From IMG/VR virus record IMGVR_UViG_3300049729_000039: 64,000 nucleotides of DNA; one strand, given 5' to 3'. Both the position numbers and the translations under genes were made by a program. Origin of the DNA: a virus. The notes under the pieces are model-generated. The model had not been told where the DNA came from, made no database searches, and saw nothing but the letters and a program-made list of their open reading frames with translations. How positions within the stretch are numbered: position 1 is the stretch's first letter; the number at the start of each line of letters is the position of its first letter. This document shows, piece after piece, positions 27,728 through 36,059 of this stretch.

Positions 27728-29551
27728 TTAAAAAGGTGTTTCGTCGTTTTTATCGGTAAAATTATCGTTAATTGTAATTGATTCAAATTGAACGTTTGGA
27801 TTTATTGTTTTCGGTGGTTCGGATATTGATATTTGACTTGTGTCTAATCGTAAATGTGAACCTGAAATCCATTCGTTATCCTGAAATTCTCTGTCACGAT
27901 TTAGTTCTGCATATCTACCAGTTTGGTAGTAATATTCAAATCTTACCATACCTCCACGGGTCTCTCCAAGATGCTTAAACTTTACTTTCTGTACGTGTAA
28001 TTCTACACAATCAGATTTTCTGTAAACACATAGTCCGTAAAATGCTTTGTTATACCAATTTGCTGAACCATTAATATCATAAAGAGTTGGAACCTCAAAA
28101 TCTCCGGCAGCATCTTTTTTCATTTTGGTAGGGTGCGCTACAACCATTATCAGCAAATCATTTTGTTTTGCGAATATTTCAATCGTATCAAGTGTTTTGG
28201 ATATATATTCAGTCTCGCTGTCTCCCTTTTCTCTTTTGTGTTCGAGTTTATTCCACGGATCAATGACAAGTATTTTTATTCCTTTGCGTTTTACTAAACT
28301 TTTTGCATGATTTAATATGCTGTGAATGCTAAGATTATCGTCCTCTGGATAAATAAAAAAGAAGTTTTCTTTAACATAATTTAATGCTTGTAGTAGTTCC
28401 GACTTATCAATATCTCGTTTACAAAAGTGTCGTCCAAGTACCCTGCTGACTATTTTAGAGACGTGTACTTTTGTCGGCCAGTTCTCTGGTGAAAAGTATG
28501 CTACTTTCCATCCATGTAAAATATTCAGTTGTTCACAAACTTCGTCTACCATTTCAGATTTACCATGTGATGGAATACCTGTCCAAATAGCAACCGCACT
28601 ACTTACCCATGAAATAACACCGTTCAGTTCTTTGTGTTTCAAATAAAGACCCGGTGGCATTCCGTGTTCCCAAAGATCAACGATACCCTCTAAATCATCA
28701 TCGACTGAGTAGATACCTGATAATGGAACGTCTTTGGCATTTTTGATACAATCTCGCAAGTCCAATACCCCATACTTAACAAGAAACTCATTTGCGTCCT
28801 TACAGTCCTTAAAATCAACTGTCTTGCATTTTTCTGAACCAAAACGTCTTATTAGTTCTTCTTTAAGTTTTCTTCCTGGTTCATCGTTGTCTGTTGCAAT
28901 ATAATGAACCTGTATGTGTTCAATATCGTCAATGACGTTGTCAATGTATGTCAGATTTTGATTTTGTTTACCTGCACCGTTAGGAACGCTTGTGGCAAAT
29001 TTAAACCCTGCTTCGTAAAAAGAAAGTTGGTCAAACTCTCCCTCACACCAAATACACTCTTTAAAATCTTTAAGATTATCTAAGTTGTAAGGGATTAATT
29101 CTGCATCTTTTACGAGTTTAAAATGTTTCTCTCCGTCTCTAAACTTTGTGTTTATTAATTCTTCGTTGCGAAAATAGTTGAAGCAAATACAATTAGCCTT
29201 TTTATTTATTTGTGGCATGTGCTCCAATTGTTCCGTAATCTGCATTTCAATTATGGTTCGTTTTGTTATTCCACGTTTCTCAAAATACAATACTGCCTTA
29301 TCCGAAAGGTCAGTATTATTAAAAACTGGCTTTATGTATTCCGGTTTCTTTTCGAGTGGTTCCGATTTTACAAACTTATACCCACAATTCCAACACTCCC
29401 CGCACCCTTTTGTAATATTGAATGAAAAGTCTTTTTTTGTTTTATTCTTTCGTGAATCGGTACATACGGGACATAATACGGATTGATTGCCGGCTTTTTT
29501 TGTAAAGACGACATCATAAATTGTTTCGTTATCAATGCAGTATAGTTCCAT
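27728..29551 (-). CDS. Bifunctional primase-helicase (T7 gp4-like: zinc finger + Toprim + DnaB/RecA-type NTPase)
   Basis: CPVCTDSRKN...CWNCGYK is the zinc finger, EGEFDQLS/VPNGAG/DNDEPG are Toprim motifs, Walker A is GIPSHGKSE, and Walker B is ILVIDPW. Confidence 0.85.
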   Translation of the reverse strand: MELYCIDNETIYDVVFTKKAGNQSVLCPVCTDSRKNKTKKDFSFNITKGCGECWNCGYKFVKSEPLEKKPEYIKPVFNNTDLSDKAVLYFEKRGITKRTIIEMQITEQLEHMPQINKKANCICFNYFRNEELINTKFRDGEKHFKLVKDAELIPYNLDNLKDFKECIWCEGEFDQLSFYEAGFKFATSVPNGAGKQNQNLTYIDNVIDDIEHIQVHYIATDNDEPGRKLKEELIRRFGSEKCKTVDFKDCKDANEFLVKYGVLDLRDCIKNAKDVPLSGIYSVDDDLEGIVDLWEHGMPPGLYLKHKELNGVISWVSSAVAIWTGIPSHGKSEMVDEVCEQLNILHGWKVAYFSPENWPTKVHVSKIVSRVLGRHFCKRDIDKSELLQALNYVKENFFFIYPEDDNLSIHSILNHAKSLVKRKGIKILVIDPWNKLEHKREKGDSETEYISKTLDTIEIFAKQNDLLIMVVAHPTKMKKDAAGDFEVPTLYDINGSANWYNKAFYGLCVYRKSDCVELHVQKVKFKHLGETRGGMVRFEYYYQTGRYAELNRDREFQDNEWISGSHLRLDTSQISISEPPKTINPNVQFESITINDNFTDKNDETPF

Positions 29552-30375
29552 TAGTTTCCGTATATCCAGTCGTTTTGTGTATCACTCCATTTGTGTAGTG
29601 TGCTTGGCCTTGGTCTTGTTCCTGGCGGAATTACCTTAGTTAAACACATTCTTACACCGTTTACATAACTTTCTCCGTTTCCTAAAACGTCTTTTTGTTG
29701 TTGAGTAGTTTTTATTTCATCATTCCATCGTTTATTATTCAAATATGTTTCCGGGTGTGGTTGAAATTGTTTATCCGTTATCAGTTTTAAAAAGTCTGGT
29801 AGTGTTTCGAATATTTTATCTTTTTCGAGTTGCTTTAATTTTGACCACTTTTTAAAACACTTATCTTTATCACCAACTTTTTTATTATAAATATTCCAGA
29901 AATTTTCAAACTCAATCCTTCCGCTTTCTATTTCTATTTCACTTTCTATAGTTTCACTTTCAATTTCTAATGTGAGAAGGGTTTGCAAAGACTTTGAAAG
30001 GGTTTCAAAGGATTCCGAAGCGTTACCATTTATTTTGTCTTTCAGATCATTAGGTAAATCTTTGTAATCCTTCATAACATTCTTCATCATATTTGGATTT
30101 AATGCTTGATGCTTCAAATGATTTACAATTATTATGTGTCCAAATAAATAAAACACCTTTTTAAGGCTTTCAAAGACTTTCAAATGCTTAGTAACTGTTT
30201 CGATTGTTATCCCTGTTTCAAATGCAATTCTGTTTAGGCTTATTTTATAAATACCTAAAATATTACTCAATGGATTAGTGAGTAAATAAAGAAACAGTAA
30301 CTTTTGGTCTGTTTTTAGTGTTTCAATCCATTCGTCTGTCCAATAACAGCAGTTAACCGATCTTCTTACGTCCAT
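29551..30375 (-). CDS. Replication organiser / DnaD-like protein (putative)
   Basis: YWTDEWIETLKTDQKLLFLYLLTNPLSNILGIYKISLNRIAFETG resembles phage replisome-organiser N-terminal wHTH domains. Its stop overlaps the primase-helicase start (TAATG). ATG at 30375; the track GTG at 30420 is an alternative. Confidence 0.45.
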   Translation of the reverse strand: MDVRRSVNCCYWTDEWIETLKTDQKLLFLYLLTNPLSNILGIYKISLNRIAFETGITIETVTKHLKVFESLKKVFYLFGHIIIVNHLKHQALNPNMMKNVMKDYKDLPNDLKDKINGNASESFETLSKSLQTLLTLEIESETIESEIEIESGRIEFENFWNIYNKKVGDKDKCFKKWSKLKQLEKDKIFETLPDFLKLITDKQFQPHPETYLNNKRWNDEIKTTQQQKDVLGNGESYVNGVRMCLTKVIPPGTRPRPSTLHKWSDTQNDWIYGN

Positions 30376-30577
30376 TGTATTAAATATAAAAACCCCATAA
30401 ACGTAAAATTCCCAGAGCACAGGCTTCTCACGGCCTTTAACTGGGAATATACGAATATAGGGTTTAGGGGTTTGTAATAACGTTTCATTTTGTGAGAATT
30501 TAAGTGCTTTTAACAGTACAAAGATACGACATTAATTATTAAGAAATAATATAAATTGCAATTATTTTAAATTATTT

Positions 30578-30931
30578 TCATTTGTTTAAATCCCTCAGCG
30601 TTGGTAGTGGCTCGCATCCACAAAACTCGCAGTTCTTGTAGTAGAAATGCTTTTTAAATTTACCTTTCTTAATCCACGCAATAGCAAAGTAATGCTCGCA
30701 AGGTTTGTTCGGGTCGATCTCTGCCAGGCGCTTGTTTAGGTAATCAAGACAACATTGATATTCCTGACCCATTTCGGTTAGTTCTGAAATAATTAATCTG
30801 TAATTATCATCGCCATCGCCCATTTTTCCATCATCAATGTATCTTTCGTATTTGGCTATTTGCGATTTCACATCATAAAAATCCTTCTCAGTCGTATTTA
30901 CTAACTTGTCCAATATTTCTTTCTCTCTCAT
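30578..30931 (-). CDS. Hypothetical Cys-containing protein
   Basis: 117-aa ATG ORF. Confidence 0.5.
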   Translation of the reverse strand: MREKEILDKLVNTTEKDFYDVKSQIAKYERYIDDGKMGDGDDNYRLIISELTEMGQEYQCCLDYLNKRLAEIDPNKPCEHYFAIAWIKKGKFKKHFYYKNCEFCGCEPLPTLRDLNK

Positions 30932-31006
30932 TTGTACAAATTTATTAATGTTAAATGCTCTCCACGTTGAAGCATCTGATATGTGAATTGAATTATCTTG
31001 TAACCG

Positions 31007-31306
31007 TTATTCATATTTTACAGACCTGTCGTGCTTATCAACCCAAACAGTGTCGGCGTTTCTTCTCCTCTTTACGCTGTTTTCGTGGATATTTATAGTA
31101 TCTTCAAGGTCAGATATTTGAGCCTTTAGTCGTTTGCATTCGCTGCATTCTTCTTTGTGTCCAATATGCTGATATGATTCCATTTCGTGTTCCATTTCGA
31201 TATTGAGTGAGAAATCTTCGGCTATTCGCTTGATTTGTTCTCCTGTTGCCGTAATTCCATTATCGAAAAGTATTTCCGTTAACGCTTCAATTCTTTCTGG
31301 TCTCAT
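31007..31306 (-). CDS. Hypothetical protein
   Basis: 99-aa ATG ORF overlapping the next gene. Confidence 0.5.
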   Translation of the reverse strand: MRPERIEALTEILFDNGITATGEQIKRIAEDFSLNIEMEHEMESYQHIGHKEECSECKRLKAQISDLEDTINIHENSVKRRRNADTVWVDKHDRSVKYE

Positions 31307-31677
31307 TTTGGTTCGTTTAAATATCCTTTAATAATAAGCATAAAATCTTCAATTGATCGGCAAACAACATACATATTCCCATACTTTTCAGCCTGTTTCT
31401 GCCACTCTTTTTGTGCAGGTGATTGCTTTCCTTTACCTGCTTTCATCTCAATACAGAGTGAATGAAAACCGTGTTTCGGAATAAGTAATATTAAATCTGC
31501 CACTCCAGGCGTAATACCCTCTCTTTTCATCTTAACAGCTTCGATCACATTTCTATTTCCGCCATTGGGAACTGCAAACAAAAGAGTAGATATATTTGCG
31601 TATTGGGAGTTCCACCACTGCATACACGCTTGTTGTATCTGACTTTCGGTTGGTGGCTTTATTCCGCTAATCTTCAT
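31303..31677 (-). CDS. VRR-NUC domain nuclease
   Basis: GVADLILLIPKHGFHSLCIEMKAGKGKQSPAQKEWQ fits the PD-(D/E)xK VRR-NUC core (D...E.K...g.ls..Q..w). ATG at 31677. Confidence 0.7.
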   Translation of the reverse strand: MKISGIKPPTESQIQQACMQWWNSQYANISTLLFAVPNGGNRNVIEAVKMKREGITPGVADLILLIPKHGFHSLCIEMKAGKGKQSPAQKEWQKQAEKYGNMYVVCRSIEDFMLIIKGYLNEPK

Positions 31678-31966
31678 CGAATACCTTTCCTTCAAATTCG
31701 GTTAAATAAGCACGTCTGACAGCGTTTTGTCGTTCAATGAATATTGGATAACGTTCTTGGTGATTGTGCTGTTCTACGGTCATTAGAATTATGTTCTCAG
31801 GTCGTAGTTTGTATTTCTTCCACGTACCCTTTCCGAGTAGGTGACCAAACTGCCAATGCCACATAAAATGACCTTTTGGATACAATTGTGAGCCGTCAAT
31901 TTCAGAAATATTTGGTCTGGTTTCCCAAACATAGTCGAATAGTTCTTTTTGATTTTTAAATTCCAT
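31667..31966 (-). CDS. Hypothetical protein
   Basis: 99-aa ATG ORF, coupled to neighbours. Confidence 0.5.
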   Translation of the reverse strand: MEFKNQKELFDYVWETRPNISEIDGSQLYPKGHFMWHWQFGHLLGKGTWKKYKLRPENIILMTVEQHNHQERYPIFIERQNAVRRAYLTEFEGKVFDED

Positions 31967-32267
31967 CTTCTAGTTTTGTTTTAATTGTTTCACGCATATC
32001 TGTTGAACCGTAGATGTAATGTCGTATACAACAATCGTTTTGTATCTCAGAAGTTCTTTCTGATATTTCCTCGTCTGTAGGCCACTCAAAATCTTTCAGC
32101 CTGTTTAGTTGGTCAATACACTTCTGATACAATTGTAACTTCTTATCAGCTTTTACGATCTCTGATTCAGCACCGTTTATCGTTAACCAATGGCGTTTGT
32201 AGCCGTCAAGTAACATTTGTGATTCTGTTACCATTTGTAACAATTCGTTTATGACTTCTGTATCCAT
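31956..32267 (-). CDS. Hypothetical protein
   Basis: The internal ATG at 32267 (MDTEVINELL) lies just past the upstream stop at 32272. The longer track ORF would overlap it by 89 nt. Confidence 0.45.
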   Translation of the reverse strand: MDTEVINELLQMVTESQMLLDGYKRHWLTINGAESEIVKADKKLQLYQKCIDQLNRLKDFEWPTDEEISERTSEIQNDCCIRHYIYGSTDMRETIKTKLEDGI

Positions 32268-32271
32268 TTGT

Positions 32272-32553
32272 CTAATAATTATCTTCGTGACCAAATACGT
32301 TTTCAGGGTCAATTCCGTAATACTCACACACTGGTAGAATATCAAGACCAATGTATCCATCCATCAACTTGCAATCCAATGGTTCGTCGGTATCCATTCC
32401 TTTTATTAATTTCATAAACTCTTCGAGTTGATAGAAGAATAGAAAATAAATTATCTCTTCGCTATCAATGTTCCCCAAGTCATCACGCTTTACATACCAG
32501 TGATTCTCAATGTTGTTATCTTTGGTAAATTTGAATAATTCTAATTCTGTCAT
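32272..32553 (-). CDS. Hypothetical acidic protein
   Basis: 93-aa ATG ORF. Confidence 0.5.
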   Translation of the reverse strand: MTELELFKFTKDNNIENHWYVKRDDLGNIDSEEIIYFLFFYQLEEFMKLIKGMDTDEPLDCKLMDGYIGLDILPVCEYYGIDPENVFGHEDNY

Positions 32554-32576
32554 GATTTTGTTATTTTTGTTTTTAG

Positions 32577-32601
32577 CGGAAAGAGAGGGATTCGAACCCC
32601 C
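32577..32601 (-). other. tRNA 3'-end fragment (T-arm + acceptor 3' strand): candidate attP core
   Basis: The minus strand reads GGGGG-TTCGAAT-CCCTC-TCTTTCC-G. That is a canonical T-stem-loop plus a 7-nt acceptor strand, but no D-arm or anticodon arm can be folded upstream. Confidence 0.5.
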
Positions 32602-32789
32602 GTTTTTGCCTACCGATTTCAGACCACACGCCCGGGATTTTTCCCTTTTCTGTCCGTCTTCAATGTATATCAGCCTTCGCCTTTCCAGTTTGCCGGTCTA
32701 TTCCCGGCTGTCGTGACAAATGTAAATTTTGGTCTGTGTACAAATGTAAATTTATGGTGAACGAATTTTATCCATATTATCACTTGTCG

Positions 32790-33569
32790 TTAAACCTCTG
32801 TTGTATATGCTAGCGTAAACTCTTTTTCAATAGTCCGTGAGCAGGGAATAATGACAGCACTCTCCACGGTAGTAGTAAATTCCAGGCTTTCGTGTACTCC
32901 GTCTTTCTCCGCTTTCTCTGCCAATGATGTTTTTAGCCAGTCGTTAATAACAATCATTGCCGAATCTACATCAACAGCCTGTAAGACAAACGTGCTTAGA
33001 TAGTCGTATTCCTCTTTGTGAACCCGGACGTCTATCTGATAGAACTTGGTGTCAGCCTTGCCGTCTACACCTACTGGTTTTAGGATGTCTTTGATAATAA
33101 TACAGTTGTTAAAATCCTTAACAGCAAGAATCATAAACGAACTGTCAAAATTCAACTCGATAAAGTCCTTTGCGATGTCAAGTGCCATCTGCACCGAGTT
33201 GGCATAAAGCAGGAATCGGTGTTTCTTTTGACCGATGGTTGCCGTAACAGCCCACGGTACTATACCACAGTTCACATGAGTAGATTGACGTTTTTGGTTG
33301 CTTACTGCTACTTCTTTGATGTCTCCGGCAATGAGGTGAAAGTTAATACTGGAAAGTAGATTCCCGTCAATAAGTAAACCTTTTTGTGCAATTACTTCAT
33401 TGCGCTCGATAGGCACCACCTCTCCGTTATCGTCCACAAAGTTCTCAGTCCATGTTCTTTTCAATGTTTCGGCAAGGTACATTCCGTTCATTTCTGCTGT
33501 GTCCGTAGTCACGAATCTTCTTTCGTTTTTACGTGTTTCAAGTAATAATTCTTTGTTTTTCTTTTTCAT
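32790..33569 (-). CDS. Hypothetical protein (two internally similar alpha/beta modules)
   Basis: 259-aa ATG ORF whose start codon abuts the recombinase stop codon. Confidence 0.55.
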   Translation of the reverse strand: MKKKNKELLLETRKNERRFVTTDTAEMNGMYLAETLKRTWTENFVDDNGEVVPIERNEVIAQKGLLIDGNLLSSINFHLIAGDIKEVAVSNQKRQSTHVNCGIVPWAVTATIGQKKHRFLLYANSVQMALDIAKDFIELNFDSSFMILAVKDFNNCIIIKDILKPVGVDGKADTKFYQIDVRVHKEEYDYLSTFVLQAVDVDSAMIVINDWLKTSLAEKAEKDGVHESLEFTTTVESAVIIPCSRTIEKEFTLAYTTEV

Positions 33570-34135
33570 TACTTTGATTTTTTAATTGGTTTTAAACTCA
33601 ATGTCTTATATGCCTTGGAAATCTCCTCGTCTGTGATTCCTAGGTATATACGGGTGATCGCTGTGCTTGAATGTCCGAGTATTTCACTTAACAGTATCAG
33701 CGCAGCATCGTTCTCTCCGTTGTTCTCCCATAAAGAGCGAGCAAAAGTCTTTCGCATCGTGTGATTGGAAACATTTACGTTTCTGACATTTATCCTGCCA
33801 ACAAGTTTTTTTAGCACCATAGAACATTGATGTGATTTGATAGGAACCACAAAATCGTTGTTTGACTTGACGAGATCATCTTTGCATTGGTTTATCAGGT
33901 CAATCACGTCCTGCGAAATCGTTATATCACGTTTCTTCTTGGTCTTTTCTTCCTGTACTTTGATCGTGGGTTTTATGTCACAGTAACGCAGTTTTAGAAT
34001 GTCACCGATACGCAACCCAGTAAAGAACCCTAACGTGCAAAATGCAAGGTATTGTGTGCTTTGTAATGTATTATCCTTTTTCAGTAACGATATAATACGT
34101 AAAGCATCACTCCATTTTAAGTAGTCGCTTTTCAT
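33569..34135 (-). CDS. int: Small tyrosine recombinase/integrase (catalytic domain only, 188 aa)
   Basis: GLRIGDILKLRYCDI supplies the box I Arg, HTMRKTFA is H-x-x-R, and LGHSSTAITRIYLG supplies the His and the catalytic Tyr. Confidence 0.8.
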   Translation of the reverse strand: MKSDYLKWSDALRIISLLKKDNTLQSTQYLAFCTLGFFTGLRIGDILKLRYCDIKPTIKVQEEKTKKKRDITISQDVIDLINQCKDDLVKSNNDFVVPIKSHQCSMVLKKLVGRINVRNVNVSNHTMRKTFARSLWENNGENDAALILLSEILGHSSTAITRIYLGITDEEISKAYKTLSLKPIKKSK

Positions 34136-34136
34136 T

Positions 34137-34502
34137 TTACCAAAGGTCTTTTATCCAATCAACGTTTGGATGTTTTGTTTTTAATTCTTTGATTTCATCA
34201 TTTGATAGAATAGTAAGCCACTCCGATCTAGTTGGCTTTCTTTCTTCATCACAAACCGTACACCTCATTCTTGTTGCAGATTTGGGTATAGTGTGGGTTT
34301 GCTCAAATGTATGTTCGCTACCATTTAAACAGTCTGCTTTTTTTGCTTCGTAGTAAAAATGTATCGAAGTTGTGTACACGAAATATTTTCCGCAATTTGA
34401 ACATGGCTGATTATGTGTTTCATCCTCCTCGTATCCTATACCATCATCATGGTTAATTTCTACTTCTTCGTCACAATATGGACATGTAACATCTTTTCTC
34501 AT
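34137..34502 (-). CDS. Zinc-ribbon protein
   Basis: CPYCDEE...CSNCGKYF...CTVCDEE. ATG at 34502; the track start at 34550 is TTG. Confidence 0.5.
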   Translation of the reverse strand: MRKDVTCPYCDEEVEINHDDGIGYEEDETHNQPCSNCGKYFVYTTSIHFYYEAKKADCLNGSEHTFEQTHTIPKSATRMRCTVCDEERKPTRSEWLTILSNDEIKELKTKHPNVDWIKDLW

Positions 34503-34574
34503 TGTTTTATTTTTTTCTGCAATATTACGACTTAAAAAGTCAATATGCAAGTAAAAAGTGCAATCGAACTCTAA

Positions 34575-34595
34575 TTTAGACTGATTCTAAATTAC
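34575..34595 (+). promoter_or_regulatory. Conserved palindromic 20-mer, copy A
   Basis: tttagactgattctaaattac, 43 nt upstream of the -7 box. Confidence 0.6.
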
Positions 34596-34638
34596 TGATA
34601 TATTATCACATGAATGTAAAATGTGAATAAAATTGTGC

Positions 34639-34646
34639 TATCTTTG
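34639..34646 (+). promoter_or_regulatory. -7 box TATCTTTG
   Basis: 21 nt upstream of the ATG at 34668. The -33 element is weak. Confidence 0.55.
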
Positions 34647-34667
34647 TGGAAACATTAAAAAAAGATA

Positions 34668-34934
34668 ATGGAACCAACTGCGAACACACTTGAGGGCGTA
34701 TATATTGCACCAGAAAGAGCATCAGGAAACACAACAAGAATTATTAATAACGCTATTGAATTGCTTTTCAAAGGTGTTAGAATTGAAATAAAAGATCATC
34801 ACGAAAATGGAAATAGTGATATGGCAAATAGGATTCTTGCTGATCGTATCTTAAAAAGATTGCAGTGCGAAAAACTATGCAGCCAAGAATGGATTGATTT
34901 CAACAAGGGCAAAATGACCATGAAGTTAAAATAA
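34668..34934 (+). CDS. Hypothetical protein
   Basis: ATG ORF; first gene after the promoter. Confidence 0.55.
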   Translation: MEPTANTLEGVYIAPERASGNTTRIINNAIELLFKGVRIEIKDHHENGNSDMANRILADRILKRLQCEKLCSQEWIDFNKGKMTMKLK

Positions 34935-34940
34935 AACGGT

Positions 34941-35207
34941 ATGAACATACAAATCGGTAAGTACATCGCAAAACAATCTACAGCAAACCCAAACAGATTT
35001 GATTTAGTTAAGATTGTTACTAAAAAGAGTGCAAAATTAGGAGAGTATCAAGGTGAATCAGAGGAAGGTTACGGAATGATGCTTGAAACAATAGTACAGA
35101 AAATTATTATGTCCAATCTTGCGGAACAAACAGAAACAATTGGCTTAAATGAATTTATTGTCAAGTACAAAAAGGAACGTGACACCGTAATGAATATTTT
35201 AGGATAA
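34941..35207 (+). CDS. Hypothetical protein, paralog of 45713..46012
   Basis: MNIQIGKYIAKQ...RFDLVK...EEGYGMMLETIVQKIIMSNLAEQTETIGLNEFIVKYKKE aligns along its full length with the second copy. Confidence 0.6.
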   Translation: MNIQIGKYIAKQSTANPNRFDLVKIVTKKSAKLGEYQGESEEGYGMMLETIVQKIIMSNLAEQTETIGLNEFIVKYKKERDTVMNILG

Positions 35208-35208
35208 C

Positions 35209-35676
35209 ATGCGTGAGACTAAAAGCTATGCCGAACTATACCCCGATGGTACCCTAAAAGTATTCAGACGTGCTGAGTATTTTCAGTCGTTAAAGGTTCT
35301 ATTTGGTGACAGCAAAGCTAAGTCGATCCGTGTTGAGTTGATCGTAAAGAAACTATACAAGAAGCGGTCTAATCCTCAAAACGCATATTACTATGGGGTA
35401 GTAGTTAATGATTTTGTAACAGGGCTTAAAGAGACAACAGGACAAGAAATAACACCTACTGAAGCTCACGAACTTTTGAAAAGCAATTGTAATGCAATTG
35501 AAATACCCAATGAAACAACAGGTGAAATACTAAAGGTAGGCAGGTCAACAACAACTCTCTCCACAGTTGAGATGGAAGAATATCTGGACAGGTGTAGACG
35601 GTTTATATTTGACTGGTTTAATATTACGGTACTTTTACCCGGGGAACAGAGTGAGATAATTTTTGAAACAAAATAA
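35209..35676 (+). CDS. ninB: NinB/Orf-like recombination mediator
   Basis: KRSNPQNAYYYGVVVNDF and VGRSTTTLSTVEMEEYLDRCRRF parallel lambda NinB RSLDQNRKLWACLGDVS and GQSTSRMRVGEFAELLELIQAF. Confidence 0.6.
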   Translation: MRETKSYAELYPDGTLKVFRRAEYFQSLKVLFGDSKAKSIRVELIVKKLYKKRSNPQNAYYYGVVVNDFVTGLKETTGQEITPTEAHELLKSNCNAIEIPNETTGEILKVGRSTTTLSTVEMEEYLDRCRRFIFDWFNITVLLPGEQSEIIFETK

Positions 35677-35687
35677 AAAACAAATTA

Positions 35688-36044
35688 ATGGCAAATTACG
35701 AAATAACAGGTAGATTATTTGAGAAGTTTTCTACCCAACAGGTAACAGACAAGTATTCTAAAAGAGAACTTGTTATTGAGGTTACAGAGAACAATTACAC
35801 ACAGCACATCAAACTCCAACTATCGAAAGACAGGTGTGCATTGCTCGACAAATTCAATGTAGGTGATGAGATTAAGGCGGTATTTAACTTAAATGGTCGT
35901 CGGTGGGAGAAAGATGGCAAGGTCAGCTATTTCAACACACTCGATGCGTGGAAACTCGACTTAATTGCAAGTGGTGGCGTTCAACAAGCAGACGAAACAA
36001 ACCAACCGGAGTTTGATGATGGGGAAAATGATCTGCCTTTTTAA
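35688..36044 (+). CDS. DUF3127-like OB-fold (ssDNA-binding-like) protein
   Basis: YEITGRLFEKFSTQQVTDKYSKRELVIEV...IKLQLSKDRCALLDKFNVGDEIKAVFNLNGRRWEKDGKVSYFNTLDAWKL fits my memory of this Bacteroidota family. The tail is acidic (DDGENDLPF), like SSB tails. Confidence 0.5.
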   Translation: MANYEITGRLFEKFSTQQVTDKYSKRELVIEVTENNYTQHIKLQLSKDRCALLDKFNVGDEIKAVFNLNGRRWEKDGKVSYFNTLDAWKLDLIASGGVQQADETNQPEFDDGENDLPF

Positions 36045-36059
36045 AATAAAAATGTTTCT

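Noticed and set aside
30421-30526. caaagata box at 30519-30526 and a 40-codon upstream ORF (ATG at 30488) ahead of the replication-organiser gene
   Set aside because: The short ORF is out of frame with the downstream gene and overlaps it, and it has no recognisable features. The promoter-like box is plausible, but I could not tie it to a specific start, so it is not listed as a feature.
32577-32686. Full-length tRNA on the minus strand (GGAAAGG ... TCTTTCC acceptor pairing)
   Set aside because: The two acceptor strands are 110 nt apart, and the intervening sequence gives no D-arm or anticodon arm. Only the T-arm and 3' acceptor are tRNA-like, so it is reported as a fragment and candidate attP. 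ORF 32510..32716(+) across it is judged spurious.
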